This document shows positions 1 to 12,126 of a stretch of DNA of 64,000 bases, one piece after another. The number at the start of each line of letters is the position of its first letter. Position 1 is the stretch's first letter. Source of the stretch: Eledone cirrhosa (lineage: Eukaryota); assembly GCA_964016885.1 (NCBI GenBank), contig OZ024765.1, forward strand, positions 1,798,001 through 1,862,000, written 5' to 3'. Below the pieces are notes generated by a model that was not told where the DNA came from, made no database searches, and was given only the letters and a program-made list of their open reading frames with translations. The translations under genes and the position numbers were made by a program.

Positions 1-695
1 ATATATGTATATATATATGTATATATATAGATGTATATATATATGTATATATATATATGTATATATATAGATGTATATATATATAGATGTATATATATAT
101 GTATATATATAGATGTATATATATATGTATATATATATATAGATGTATATATATATATATATATATAGATGTATATATATATATATATATATATAGATGT
201 ATATATATATGTATATATATATATATGTATATATATATAGATGTATATATATATGTATATATATATATATGTATATATATATAGATGTATATATAGATGT
301 ATATATATATAGATGTATATATAGATGTATATATATATAGATGTATATATATATGTATATATATATAGATGTATATATAGATGTATATATATATAGATGT
401 ATATATAGATGTATATATATATAGATGTATATATAGATATATATATATATGTATATATATATAGATGTATATATATACAGATGTATATATATATGTATAT
501 ATATATAGATGTATATATATATGTATATATATATAGATGTATATATATATGTATATATATATAGATGTATATATATATGTATATATATATAGATGTATAT
601 ATATATGTATATATATATAGATGTATATATATATGTATATATATATAGATATGTGTATATATATATATATGTATATATATATATGTATATATATG

Positions 696-770
<75 letters not shown>

Positions 771-780
771 GTATATACAC
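1..780. repeat. (TA)n microsatellite with AG/TG interruptions
   Basis: Near-pure alternating TA with periodic G; source of the YI-repeat ORFs. Confidence 0.98.
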
Positions 781-844
781 ATGCTAACTATCCTGCCAGG
801 TGATTCTTTAGACTGTCTTGTCCCTCTACACCTTTTTTCTTGCT

Positions 845-973
845 TCATGTACCACCTTCCATAACATCAAGTGGTGTTTCACATTTCTTCACTTTTCCTC
901 TTCCATAGTGCAAGTCATGTTGTTGTTGTTGTTGTCGTGGTTTTTGGTAATATGACAAACTAGCATGGCCTGA
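845..973 (-). CDS. Candidate terminal exon ([42 protein letters not shown]), unknown product
   Basis: Minus-strand acceptor ttttgtctcttataattcag followed by an open frame to TGA; phase fits the candidate exon at 2194-2252; no recognised homology. Confidence 0.22.
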   Translation of the reverse strand, partial: SGHASLSYYQKPRQQQQQHDLHYGRGKVKKCETPLDVMEGGT

Positions 974-1026
974 CTGAATTATAAGAGACAAAATATATGT
1001 TGAGGTGTTGTTCTTATCGATGTTGT

Positions 1027-1882
1027 TTAACCCCTTTCTTACCATATTTACCTGGTGTTTGGCACATAACTTAACAAAGGTTCTTACATAAAATTAGGAT
1101 GGAAGGTTTTAGCAAACTATAAACATTTTAACCCCTTTGTTATCATATTTATTTAGTGTTTGGAACATAACTTAACAAAGGTTCTTACATAAAATTAGGA
1201 TGGAAGGTTTTAGCAAACTATAAACATTTTAACCCCTTTGTTATCATATTTATCTAGTGTTTGGAATATAACTTAACAAAGGTTCTTACATAAAATTAGG
1301 ATGGAAGGTTTTAGCAAACTATAAACATTTTAACCCCTTTGTTATCATATTTATCTAGTGTTTGGAATATAACTTAACAAAGGTTCTTACATAAAATTAG
1401 GATGGAAGCTTTTAGCAAACTATAAACATTTTAACCCCTTTGTTATCATATTTATCTAGTGTTTGGAATATAACTTAACAAAGGTTCTTACATAAAATAT
1501 GGATGGAAGCTTTTAGCAAACTATAAACATTTTAACCCCTTTGTTATCATATTTATCTAGTGTTTGGAACATAACTTAACAAAAGTTCTTACATAAAATT
1601 AGGATGGAAGGTTTTAGCAAACTATAAACATTTTAACCCCTTTGTTATCATATTTATCTAGTGTTTGGAACATAACTTAACAAAGGTTCTTCTATAAAAT
1701 TATGTTGGAGGGATTTACTAAAAGTATTAATTATTTCATTAGTAAGATAGTAACTTAAAGAAAGGTTCTTATATAAAATTATGTTGGATGATTTTAATTT
1801 AAATTGGAAACCTTTAAAATGGGTGGTTTTATTTCATAGAACCAGAGCTGGTTTGGGCCCAGGTTGGTAACTAAAGGATTAA
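1027..1882. mobile_element. piggyBac-like non-autonomous element (MITE) with internal 101-bp tandem expansion
   Basis: TTAA at 1027-1030 and 1879-1882; degenerate TIRs CCCCTTTCTTACCA and TGGTAACTAAAGGA; ~7 copies of a 101-bp unit (acccc at 1131, 1232, 1333, 1434). Confidence 0.65.
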
Positions 1883-2193
1883 AGAAGTTCTCAAATTTCC
1901 CTCCTCCTTCTCTTTCTCCTCCTACTGATGTCACACTTTGTAAAATATATAAGTACAATATATTTAGACAAAGCTTGGCTCCACCTCTGTTATTTAAACA
2001 TTTTTTTTTTTTTTATATTCACCACATTCACCTGCTCTACTTCCTTTAAAGGTACTTCCAGGTGTAAATCCTGTCTTGCAACACCTACTTGAGGTTCTAA
2101 ATTATTATTATTATTATCTTTATAATTCTTGGAGTCTCAGTCATTGATGTTATTTAACTGCAAAGTTTGTTGAAATGAATATCAAGTCGCTAC

Positions 2194-2252
2194 CTGCAGC
2201 CTCATATATTCAGGACGTTTCGGAGGGTTCTTGCTGTCCCCAGCAAGCATGC
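2194..2252 (-). CDS. Candidate internal exon (xMLAGDSKNPPKRPEYMRLQ)
   Basis: Poly-T tract then aag acceptor and CAG|gtagcg donor on the minus strand; 59 nt, phase 1 to 0. Confidence 0.22.
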
Positions 2253-2317
2253 CTTTTGAAGTGTTCCAAAAAAAAAAAAAGGAGGGCTGGACTAATGTTC
2301 TTTAACCATCCTTGAAA

Positions 2318-2356
<39 letters not shown>

Positions 2357-2471
2357 GGCAGGGTAGATAACTAGCAACAGCAGTATCTAGCTTTAGTCCT
2401 CATGGTTCCATGTTCATATATTGGCTTGGGTTATACATACATACATATATATATATATATATGTATATATG

Positions 2472-2518
<47 letters not shown>

Positions 2519-2651
2519 ACGTGTGTTTTGTTGTTCTTGTTCTCCTCTCAAGCTCAGTGATATGAGATACCAGTAATACTCTGGAAGTCAATTCCATCAC
2601 CTCTCCCCAACCCCCCACCTCCCTTTGTGCCTAAGAAAACATTGTTATTGC

Positions 2652-2729
2652 TATCATCATCATCACCATCATCACCATCATCATCATCATCACCATCATC
2701 ACCATCATCACCATCATCACCATCATCAT
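2652..2729. repeat. (CAT/CAC)n trinucleotide repeat
   Basis: Direct observation. Confidence 0.95.
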
Positions 2730-2738
2730 TAAATGAAC

Positions 2739-2784
2739 CTTCCTTTGAGTCCTGCTTCTCTCCCAAATCCGGCAGAGTGTCGAC
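2739..2784 (-). CDS. Candidate internal exon (VDTLPDLGEKQDSKE-G)
   Basis: gtcag acceptor and AAG|gttcat donor (weak); 46 nt, ends phase 1, compatible with the exon at 2194-2252. Confidence 0.15.
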
Positions 2785-2890
2785 CTGACACCCGAGGAGG
2801 CAAGATTTGGTCATACACATATTGTACAATCAACTGGGGGCACAAATGATGCCGCAGGGGGCACAGACAACTATTATTAGTAGTGTTGTA

Positions 2891-3435
2891 TAGGGCGGGG
2901 GGTTGGCAGTATCGGTGGAGGGTCGGACGCCATGCTAGGGCGGGGGGGTTGGCAGTATCGGTGGAGGGTCGGACGCCATGCTAGGGCGGGGGGGTTGGCA
3001 GTATCGGTGGAGGGTCGGACGCCATGCTAGGGCGGGGGGGTTGGCAGTATCGGTGGAGGGTCGGACGCCATGCTAGGGCGGGGGGTTGGCAGTATCAGTA
3101 GAGGGTCGGACGCCATGCTAGGGCAGGGGGTTGGCAGTATCAGTAGAGGGTCGGACGCCATGCTAGGGCGGGGGGTTGGCAGTATCAGTAGAGGGTCGGA
3201 CGCCATGCTAGGGCGGGGGGTTGGCAGTATCGGTGGAGGGTCGGACGCCATGCTAGGGCGGGGGGTTGGCAGTATCGGTGGAGGGTCGGACGCCATGCTA
3301 GGGCGGGGGGTTGGCAGTATCGGTGGAGGGTCGGACGCCATGCTAGGGCGGGGGGTTGGCAGTATCGGTGGAGGGTCGGACGCCATGCTAGGGCGGGGGG
3401 TTGGCAGTATCAGTAGAGGGTCGGACGCCATGCTT
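2891..3435 (+). repeat. 45-bp G-rich minisatellite, ~12 copies, derived from the SINE head
   Basis: Unit gggcggggggttggcagtatcggtggagggtcggacgccatgcta matches the 5' end of the SINE at 12863 (ggcggtggattggcagtatcggtagagggtcggacaccgtgct). Confidence 0.93.
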
Positions 3436-3879
3436 TGACGCATAGAGTTACGGCCCTTGCCATTCTGAGTTCAAATCCCGCCGAGGTTAACTTTGCCTTT
3501 CATCCTTACGGGGTCGATAAAATAAAGTACCAGTAATGTACTGGGGTTGATTTAATCGAATCCCCCCCCCAAAAAAAAAAAATATTTGCTGGCCTTGTGC
3601 CTATATAAGAAACCATTATTATTATTAATTTTATTGATTCGGTAGAGCGCCTGACAAAATGCTTAGGAGCATAGAGTTATGGCCCTTTACATTCTGAGTT
3701 CTGAGTCCAAACCCTGTTGAGGTTAGCTTTGACTTTCATCTTTCTGTGAATGGGTAGGTGTGGAGAGACAGGGGGGGGGGTAATTAAAATAAGGTACCAG
3801 TCAAATACTGGGGGAAGGTTAATATAATGCCCCCCCCCCCCCCCCCTTCACCCGCCATGTGTTAAATTAGAAGCCATCA

Positions 3880-3925
<46 letters not shown>

Positions 3926-4080
3926 CATTGTTGTTGTTATTGCCGAGGTTAGCTTTGCCTCTCATCCTTACGGGGTGGACACAATAAAGTAGCAGTAATA
4001 CACTGGGGTTGATTTAATTGACTTTCTCCTCCTCCTCCCCCAACATTGCTGGCCTACACTAGAAACTATTATAATTTCTA
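3390..4080 (+). mobile_element. Cluster of three tRNA-derived SINE copies with (ATT)n tails
   Basis: A-box tggcagtatc, B-box gagttcaaatcc, body gcctttcatccttacggggtcgataaaataaagtaccagt, tail gcctatataagaaaccattattatt. Confidence 0.88.
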
Positions 4081-4113
4081 TTAAATTAAAATTTCTGACA
4101 GAACCTTCCTCTC

Positions 4114-4122
4114 ATATATATA

Positions 4123-4153
<31 letters not shown>

Positions 4154-4210
4154 GTGTGTATATATATATATGTGTGTATATATATATATATATGTGTGTG
4201 TGTATATATA

Positions 4211-4241
<31 letters not shown>

Positions 4242-4254
4242 GTGTGTATATATA

Positions 4255-4285
<31 letters not shown>

Positions 4286-4422
4286 GTGTGTATATATGTA
4301 TGTGTGTATATATATATATATATGTGTGTGTATATATATATATGTGTGTATATGTGTGTGTATATATATATATATGTGTGTATATACGTATGTATATATA
4401 TATATATATGTGTATATATATA

Positions 4423-4477
<55 letters not shown>

Positions 4478-4503
4478 TATATATATATATGTATACATAT
4501 GAA

Positions 4504-4544
<41 letters not shown>

Positions 4545-4699
4545 ATATATGAATATGAATGTATATATGAATATGAATATATATATATATATATATTCAT
4601 ATATATATAAATATATACACACACACATATATATATATATATATGTATGTATATATATATATATGTGTGTATATATATATATGTGTGTATATGTATATG

Positions 4700-4744
<45 letters not shown>

Positions 4745-4848
4745 GTGTGTGTGTGTATATATATATATGTGTATGTGTGTATATATATGTGTGTGTGTGT
4801 GTGTATATATATATGTGTGTGTGTGTATATATATATGTGTGTGTGTGT
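4114..4848. repeat. Compound (TA)n/(TG)n microsatellite
   Basis: Direct observation. Confidence 0.98.
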
Positions 4849-5209
4849 CTCTGTCTGCGGTGTTGTCCTGTCCTGTTTTGGTGTGACGAGGGTTAAACCA
4901 ACTTGGCAGAGTCCATTTTCCTTCCAAGGTGGGGATTGTGAAGGAGGGCAGGGCAGGGCTGGGACAAGGGCAGGGCCCCAGGGGGAAGAACATCACAGTT
5001 TATGTGGCATGAAGAATGCAGTTGTTGTTGTTTGGGGGTTATTTTTTTTTTTCTATGTATTTTTTTTGGTGGGAGGGGGGGGGTGTTCCGAGATGATGAT
5101 GAAATGGGAAGTTGAGTCTTTCGTGCCTTTCCCAAAGTTGTTGCTTAGTAACACATTTAAAAGTGGCTTGCAACCTGGTCAATTGGCCATCACTGCCTAT
5201 TTAGTACAT

Positions 5210-5267
<58 letters not shown>
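5210..5267. repeat. (TAG)n microsatellite
   Basis: Direct observation. Confidence 0.95.
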
Positions 5268-5269
<2 letters not shown>

Positions 5270-5425
5270 AGAGACTTGTGAACATCTCTCTGTTGACCAG
5301 ACCTCCCACATGACCTGACCTTTGACCTCACCTGACCCGACCTCACCTTTTGTTATGTACATAGGTCTACCACTGCCCCCCCCCCCCCTTGTTACCATTG
5401 GTTCATTTAAAAAAAAATTTTTTTA

Positions 5426-5783
5426 TCTCCCACCCCACTTTCTCTCCCCCTCTCTCTCTCCCTCTGTCTCTTTCTTCTCCCCCCCCCTCCCCTTTCCCCC
5501 TCCTCCTCTCCTTGTCTCTTTCTTGTCTCTTGTCTCTCTCTTTCTATCCCCTCTTCTCTCTCTCCTTTCACTCTCCCTTCTCTCCTCTCTGTCCCCTCCT
5601 CTCTCCTCCCTCTCTCTCCTCTTCCCCTCTCTATCCCTCTGTCTCTCTCTCTGTCTCTTTCTTCTCTGTCTCTCCCCTCTATATCTCCTCTCTCTTTTTA
5701 TCCCTCCCTCTCTCTCCTTCACTCCTCCCTCGCTCTTCCCCTCTACACCCCTCTCCCTCCTCTCCTCCCTCTCTCTCCCTCCC
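5426..5783. repeat. CT-rich polypyrimidine low-complexity tract
   Basis: Almost all C/T over ~360 bp. Confidence 0.95.
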
Positions 5784-6413
5784 ATATTTGATTTCCACCA
5801 GCAACACTGACCCCTACTGTCACCATCCCCACCACCTCCACCATCAGCACCATCACCATTTTTCTAAAAATAAAAATAAAAATTTCTAACTGAACCTTCT
5901 TCACTTCACTTCACAGAACTCACCACCAGCCAGCATCACCTACCACACCTACCCACCACACCTATGCCACTTCTCAACAGCACCTGCACTCACCATTTAA
6001 CCACACAACACTGTATCTATAAAGCACCGGAAAAATCTTTTTCCTCTTCTCACACACCCCAAGAAATCTGTAAGTAGATAGTTGGAATTCTTGCAAAAAA
6101 ACAGCAAAAAAAAACAGCAAAAAAACCCAGCAAAAAACAAACAACCCTCCCCACCCCCCCAACATACCCTACTCCACAAAACCCCCACCCCCTAATCCCC
6201 CCCACAAAAACAAACTCCAACCTCCCCATAACCCTTATTACCAGTTGTTTGTCAAGGTGGTCAACTTTAAAAAAAATTGTGCTTGTCTTTTAAAGAGGCA
6301 TTTTTCTACCTGGGCTTGTATTGATGCATCTTGCAGGGTTTTTTTCTTTATGCGCCTATATATTATTATTTTTTTTTTCTTTTAGTGGGGAGTGCTGTCT
6401 TCGAGGTAGTGAG

Positions 6414-6670
6414 GGTACGTGGCCTAGTGGTAAGGGTGTTGGCCTGACGATCATAATGTCGTGGGTTCGATTCCTGAGTTGCGTGTTGTGTTCTTGAGCA
6501 AAACACTTCATTTCACGTTGCTCCAGTATACTCAGCTGAAAATGAGTACCAGCAATAGCTGGAGGTTTAACCCTGGGATGGACTGGTATCCTGTCCAGGG
6601 GGAAGTCTTGTACTCTCAGTCACTTCATGCCATGAAACCAGGATAAGGACTGGCCAAACGAGCGTTCTTG
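6414..6670 (+). mobile_element. tRNA-derived CORE-type SINE
   Basis: A-box gtggcctagtggtaag, B-box gggttcgattcc, CORE-like tgtgttcttgagcaaaacactt followed by gctccagtatactcagctgaaaatgagtacc. Confidence 0.8.
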
Positions 6671-6814
6671 CTTAAGACAGACTTTGAACTTTGACTCTTC
6701 GAGGACTGCATTCTTTTATCTCAATGTCCATTTCTTCATTTTTCTTTAATCTAACTTTATTTTTATTTTTATTGTTGTATTTTGTTTTTAACTTGTCTTT
6801 TACTTACTGGGGGT

Positions 6815-7125
6815 TAGCATGGCTGTGTAGACAAGGGGTTTTCTTGGTAGCCAGCCGTACGGTTTCAGGGAGGGAATATGATCCCTAATGTAGAAGCACC
6901 TTGGGCCAATTTGTTGTAGGGAGACCCTGTCTAGAAACTGTAGAGAGACCCTTTCTAGATACAGTTTAGGGAGCCCTATCTCGATAAGGAATGTGACCCC
7001 TAATGGAGAAACACCTTGGGAAAAATGTCTTTTTTATCATAGCTTCGGGTTGATCAATACCTTATGAGTGATTTGAATGGATTTTGGTAGTCAGTGACTC
7101 TGCTGAAACCCCCTTATGTTTGTAT
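6815..7125 (+). mobile_element. Degenerate SINE of a second family, with an internal duplication
   Basis: tggctgtgt head, repeated gcaccttgggc/acaccttggga CORE-like segment, gccttatgagtg...tttggtag-like tail; recognised from memory only. Confidence 0.45.
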
Positions 7126-7309
7126 GTAATCCTGAGCACAACACCCTAACCACTAGGCCACACACTTTCACTCAGAATTAACTACCCGCCTACTGTGATC
7201 CTCCAACCCACTCCACCTCTGTGATGTGACGACCCTTTATCTGAGAAAGCCCTTTTTTTCTATAACTTCTCTTGTTTTTTTGTTTTTTTTCAATTTTATT
7301 TCACATGAG

Positions 7310-7388
<79 letters not shown>

Positions 7389-7393
7389 TATAA

Positions 7394-7425
<32 letters not shown>

Positions 7426-7427
7426 TT

Positions 7428-7670
7428 AATAGAAAAGGCTTCTACAGGACTAGAACTGTTTCATTCGGGAGAAATCATCAGGAAGCCCTTCGAGTGGGGA
7501 GTTTTGTTCTCTCAGTTGCAGTGAAACCAGGATAACCACCGCCCTGATGATTTCTCCCAAATGAAACAGTTCTAGTCCTGTAGAAGTCTTTCTATATTAG
7601 ATATTTATACTCTGCTATGTATTGAGTACCTTACTGTGGTTACCTCCGATTGAACCCGGGATAAACTTAT
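7428..7670. mobile_element. TA-embedded fold-back element (Penelope-like pLTR remnant)
   Basis: ~55-bp inverted arms at 7428-7481 and 7543-7598, each with CTGATGA...GAAAC; flanked by (TA)n on both sides. Confidence 0.6.
7434..7490 (-). ncRNA. Type I hammerhead ribozyme fold
   Basis: AAGGGCUUC-CUGAUGA-U UUC UCCC GAA U-GAA-ACAG UUCUAGUC CUGU-A-GAAGCCUUU: 9-bp stem I, 3-bp stem II (U-U at 10.1/11.1), 4-bp stem III, GUA cleavage triplet. Confidence 0.72.
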
Positions 7671-7769
7671 ATATATGTATATATATGGCCGGCTGCTGCT
7701 TTCTCAAACTAAACTACACACCAAAATCATAAACCTTGCTCCAGGTGTGCGCAGACACTTGGCCTTATA

Positions 7770-7995
7770 ACTAGACAGAAAGAGGCCCTGTTTGGGTATG
7801 GTGTAGGACAACCGTGTGTAGATAAGTGTAAAGAGGCCCTATCTTGATATGATGTAAGGAGACCCTGTCTAGATACAGTATAGAGAGACCCTGCCTGGGT
7901 ATGGTGTAGGAAGGCCCTGCCTGGGTATGGTGTAGAGAGATCCTGCTTTGATATGGTGTCAGGACTCTATCTGTAGGGAGACTCTGTCGATAAAC
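7770..7995. repeat. Degenerate ~28-30-bp tandem repeat (tggtgtag.gagaccctgtctagata), related to 6915-6985
   Basis: Repeated gagaccctg/ggccctg motif. Confidence 0.6.
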
Positions 7996-8659
7996 GATGT
8001 AATTTGAGGGTGATTTGGTTGCCATTTCTAACAAGCCCAATCACCACATGGAAGTACTGTTGTTGGTTCATTTTGCAGTAACAATGTTTTTCAGTTTGTG
8101 AGTAGTAGTAGTAGTAGTGGTGGTGGTAGTGGTGATAGTAACCGTAGTATTCAATGTGGGTGTTATTGTGTGTTGTAGAAAATGTAGGGGTTAAATGTGC
8201 AGTAGTGTTAGCAGCAGTACTCAATAGGGGTGTTATAGAAATTTTTATTTTTATTTTTCATGAAACATAAAAGAAAAACAAGCCCGCCCTCTTTCCTCCC
8301 CCCTAAAAAAAAACATAACGCTTACCTCAAAAATAAAACATTTAATGGTTCAGAAAGGGGGTGGGGACATTCCTTTAAATTTGACAGTGTTGTGGCCTGG
8401 TAGGGGATGGTTTTAGGGCTTGGTGGTGCAGAATAGGACAGAAGAGTTTGAGACAGTGTTCTCTCTAACTTGTGTGCAGCTGTGCTATCGCTCTATTGGT
8501 GCTGATGTGCACCTTAAAATGTCACCATGCACTCCTTAAAATGTTGCTGCAAAAGTCAGGATGTCACCATGCATGTTAAAATGTTGCCATATGCATCAGA
8601 ATGTTGCAAGTACACCAGAAAGTTGGTATGTGCATCAAAATGTTGCTGCAAACGTCAGT

Positions 8660-8920
8660 TTTGTATCATAGAACCAGGGCTATTTGGAAAATAACTTAAC
8701 AAAGGTTCTTAATAAAATCATGATGGGAAGTGTTTAGATGACCCTTTCATTACCATATTTCTAATGAAAGACATTCTCTTATTAACCTGGTATATGGAAC
8801 ATAACTTAATAAGGTTCTTACATAAAATTATGATGGAAGGTTTCTAGATGAATATAAACATTTTAAAAGGAACAGTTTTGTATCAGAGAACCTGGAGTAG
8901 TTTGGTATCAAAAAGGCGAA
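8660..8920 (+). mobile_element. Diverged copy of the piggyBac-like MITE
   Basis: accctttcattaccatattt ... ttggtatcaaaaagg ends and ataacttaacaaaggttctt interior shared with 1027-1882. Confidence 0.55.
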
Positions 8921-8958
8921 ACCTTATAAAGTTCTGGTTTTGTTTTATGTGTGAGGAA

Positions 8959-9810
8959 ATAAGTCTTGTTAAGTCTAAAGAAGACAGCTGGTGAGTTCCT
9001 GGTTCTCTCCAGACACTCCAAGACCAAGATAAGTCTTGTTAGGTCTAAAGAAGACAGCTGGTGAGTTCCTGGTTCTCTCCAGACACTCCAAGACCAAGAT
9101 AAGTCTTGTTAAGTCTAAAGAAGACAGCTGGTGAGTTCCTGGTTCTCTCCAGACACTCCAAGACCAAGATAAGTCTTGTTAAGTCTAATGAAGACAGCTG
9201 GTGAGTTCCTGGTTCTCTCCAGACATTCCAAGACCAAGATAAGTCTTGTTAAGTCTAAAGAAGACAGCTGGTGAGTTCCTGGTTCTCTCCAGACACTCCA
9301 AGACCAAGATAAGTCTTGTTAGGTCTAAAGAAGACAGCTGGTGAGTTCCTGGTTCTCTCCAGACACTCCAAGACCAAGATAAGTCTTGTTAAGTCTAATG
9401 AAGACAGCTGGTGAGTTCCTGGTTCTCTCCAGACACTCCAAGACCAAGATAAGTCTTGTTAAGTCTAAAGAAGACAGCTGGTGAGTTCCTGGTTCTCTCC
9501 AGACATTCCAAGACCAAGATAAGTCTTGTTAGGTCTAAAGAAAACAGCTGGTGAGTTCCTGGTTCTCTCCAGACACTCCAAAACCAAGATAAGTCTTGTT
9601 AGGTTTAAAGAAAACAGCTGGTGAGTTCCTGGTTCTCTCCAGACACTCCAAGACCAAGATAAGTCTTGTTAGGTTTAAAGAAAACAGCTGGTGAGTTCCT
9701 GGTTCTCTCCAGACACTCCAAGACCAAGATAAGTCTTGTTAGGTCTAAAGAAAACAGCTGGTGAGTTCTTGGTTCTTTCCAGCCTCTCGCAGACCAAGAT
9801 AAGTTTGGTT
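8959..9810 (+). repeat. 70-bp minisatellite, ~12 copies
   Basis: aagtcttgtt recurs at 8961, 9031, 9101 and onward; near-identical units. Confidence 0.97.
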
Positions 9811-10330
9811 ATGGCTGATTGCATGTAGGTAAGGGGTGAGTCAAACAAAAATTGTTTTAATTTCTTTTTATTAAATTTTTTATTTTTATTTTTTTAATTT
9901 TTTCATTCTCTTTGTTGTTTTTAAAATTGTTTTTTGAACCAATTAAATAATTGGTTAAAATACTGTACAAAGTTTGTAAAATACACACTACACACACACA
10001 AAAAAAGAGCCAGTCTCCTGCATTTCTTTTTTTTTGTGGGAGGTTTTGGACAAAATTTGGGGTTGTTTGTAAAAACACAAGAAAAGAAAAGAATTAAAAA
10101 AAAAATTTTGCATCTGTATTTTTTTTTCTGGCCCCCCCCCCGACCCTCCAGGGCTTATTTTCCTCCACCTAAAATCCTCCACTCCCCCCCAACAAATTTG
10201 CTTTTGTGAAAATTTTTTTTTTTTATTTCTCTCCACCCCACCCCTGACCCCCTATGAAGTTATCTGCTGGATTGGACCCATGAGTGAATGGGAGACATTA
10301 TGATACTTGGTAGGGGTTGGGTTTGAAATA

Positions 10331-10722
10331 ATTGTTTCCTTGGTCTGATCTGATGATCAGCTCCTTTCTTCTGTCAGGAGTTGTGACTGACAGATAGTAT
10401 CAGTAATGGAAAGACCAATGGACACATTGTTTCCTTGGTCTGATCTGATGATCAGCTCCTTTCTTCTGCCAGGAGTTGTGACTGACAGATAGTATCAGTA
10501 ATGGAAAGACCAATGGACACATTGTTTCCTTTGTCTGATCTGATGATCAGCTCCTTTCTTCTACCAGTTGTGACTGACAGATAGTATCAGTAATGGAAAG
10601 ACCAATGGACACATTGTTTCCTTGGTCTGATCTGATGATCAGCTCCTTTCTTCTGCCAGGAGTTGTAACTGACAGATAGTATCAGTAATGGAAAGACCAA
10701 TGGAAACATTGTTTCCTTGGTC
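10331..10722 (+). repeat. 95-bp minisatellite, ~4 copies
   Basis: attgtttcct at 10331, 10426, 10521. Confidence 0.95.
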
Positions 10723-11577
10723 CATTCAGCTTGTTTTCTTTTTTCATTAGAAATATGATCCTGAAAGGGATAACTATCCCTAAACATCTTCAGTGGGGAG
10801 TAGGCGGGGAGGGGGGTGGGGGTCACCTTCTCACTATAGATTACAGAACCCCTGTTTTTTTACTGGGCTTACAATGAGGCTCCAGACAGGCAAAAGTTTT
10901 GTCAGCTGTAAATAACTTTAGGTGCCATTAAATTAAATTAAATTGTTTTGCCATTAAAAGAAGAACATTTTTACACAAACCCCTAAACAAAAGAAATTCT
11001 GCTGAAAATTTTGAGTGTGGTGATATTAAGTGAAGTTAGAGTGTGAGTGAGGGTGTAAGTTTTGTAGTTTAACTCTTGCCCCCACTCCAGTCTTTGTGGG
11101 TGGCTGCACACAACCACAAGTGCATGAGTTTAATGTCTAGAAACATCATGTCCTTGAGCAAGACACTTTATTTCACGTTGCTCCAGTTTAATCAGATAAA
11201 GGGATCTTAGGAACTTTATTTCACGTTGCTCCAGTTTAATCAGATAAAGGGATCTTAGGAACTTTGTACAGTGTGTGGTGGGTATGTGAGGGACTTTAGC
11301 AACATTGTACTGTATGTAGGGGATCTTAGCAACATTGTACTGTGGGTAGCAGTACATGTAAACCAGTACAACCTGTCGCATGGTCGGGTTGTCGGCGACT
11401 AAACTGGCAACCCCACCAAGTTTACTTGGTGAGGAGGGTGACTTTGGACACCCTATAGATTAAAAAACAAAACCTGACAAAGGGCAGAAGAACTCATAAG
11501 AGTCAACGGCTATCCAAAACTGTGTAAATATATATATACACATGTACATGTGTATGTGTATGCGTGTGTATATGCCT

Positions 11578-11763
11578 GGGGTGTCAGGGAGGGGCATGTA
11601 CCTCTGTAGGGGGGGACTAGCCATGCCCTTTTCAGGACAGCTCGTCCTGCATTGGGTCCCACCTGACACTCAGCTCTCACCTGTGGCCCCAAGAAGCTGT
11701 AGCATGCGACAGCGGCCACACCCCAGTAAACCGCCTTGGTTGGCGGGCCGAAGCAGGTTGAGG
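11578..11763 (+). ncRNA. HDV-like ribozyme fold in the RTE 5' UTR
   Basis: P1 GGGGTGT(11578-84)/ACACCCC(11718-24); P2 CTCACCTGT/GCAGGT-T-GAG; P3 GGC/GCC; P4 CCGCC/GGCGG; J4/2 CGAA with catalytic-C equivalent at 11749. Confidence 0.6.
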
Positions 11764-12126
11764 GTAGCCAGACAGGTCTGAAACCCCCCGGTGAGTTAGA
11801 TAGGGGATGCCTGCCCCTGCATGCGAAGACTAGACCCGGCAGAGTGAGTGGAGGAGGACAACATCGTCCCAACGGTCACAAAGGGGGCGACAGCAAGTGG
11901 TGTGGCCATCCACTGCAGCCAAGGAAGTCCCTGGTCGTGACAGTCCTCCGTACCACCGGATTCTGGCTTCTGCGGCCGAGTGAGTGGAACCGTCACTGTG
12001 TACTGGCCCTCCCACTATAAACCTTTCCCGCACAAGTTTCTTCTTTAGCGTGCATTCCCAAAGCCCTGTGGCGATAGGCAAGAGGCGGAGGTAACCTCTG
12101 GAAGTTGCCAGTCTGACTCCGGTCTC

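Noticed and set aside
3027-3443. ORFs with 15-aa repeats on both strands
   Set aside because: By-product of a 45-bp SINE-head minisatellite whose length is a multiple of 3; frame is broken in the 46-bp units
87-4996. Long YI/VC/HT-repeat ORFs (also at 18.1, 22.6, 23.9, 60.6 and 63.1 kb)
   Set aside because: Translations of (TA)n/(TG)n microsatellites, which lack stop codons in most frames
5322-5889. Ser/Leu/Pro-rich and Arg/Glu-rich ORFs
   Set aside because: Low-complexity CT tract
6414-6480. tRNA-like A and B boxes
   Set aside because: No acceptor stem or terminator; continues into SINE body
10331-10722. CTGATGA, CTGA and GAAA motifs in the 95-bp repeat suggesting a hammerhead or C/D snoRNA array
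   Set aside because: GAAA does not close a stem II, and the terminal stem/k-turn register for a C/D RNA is poor
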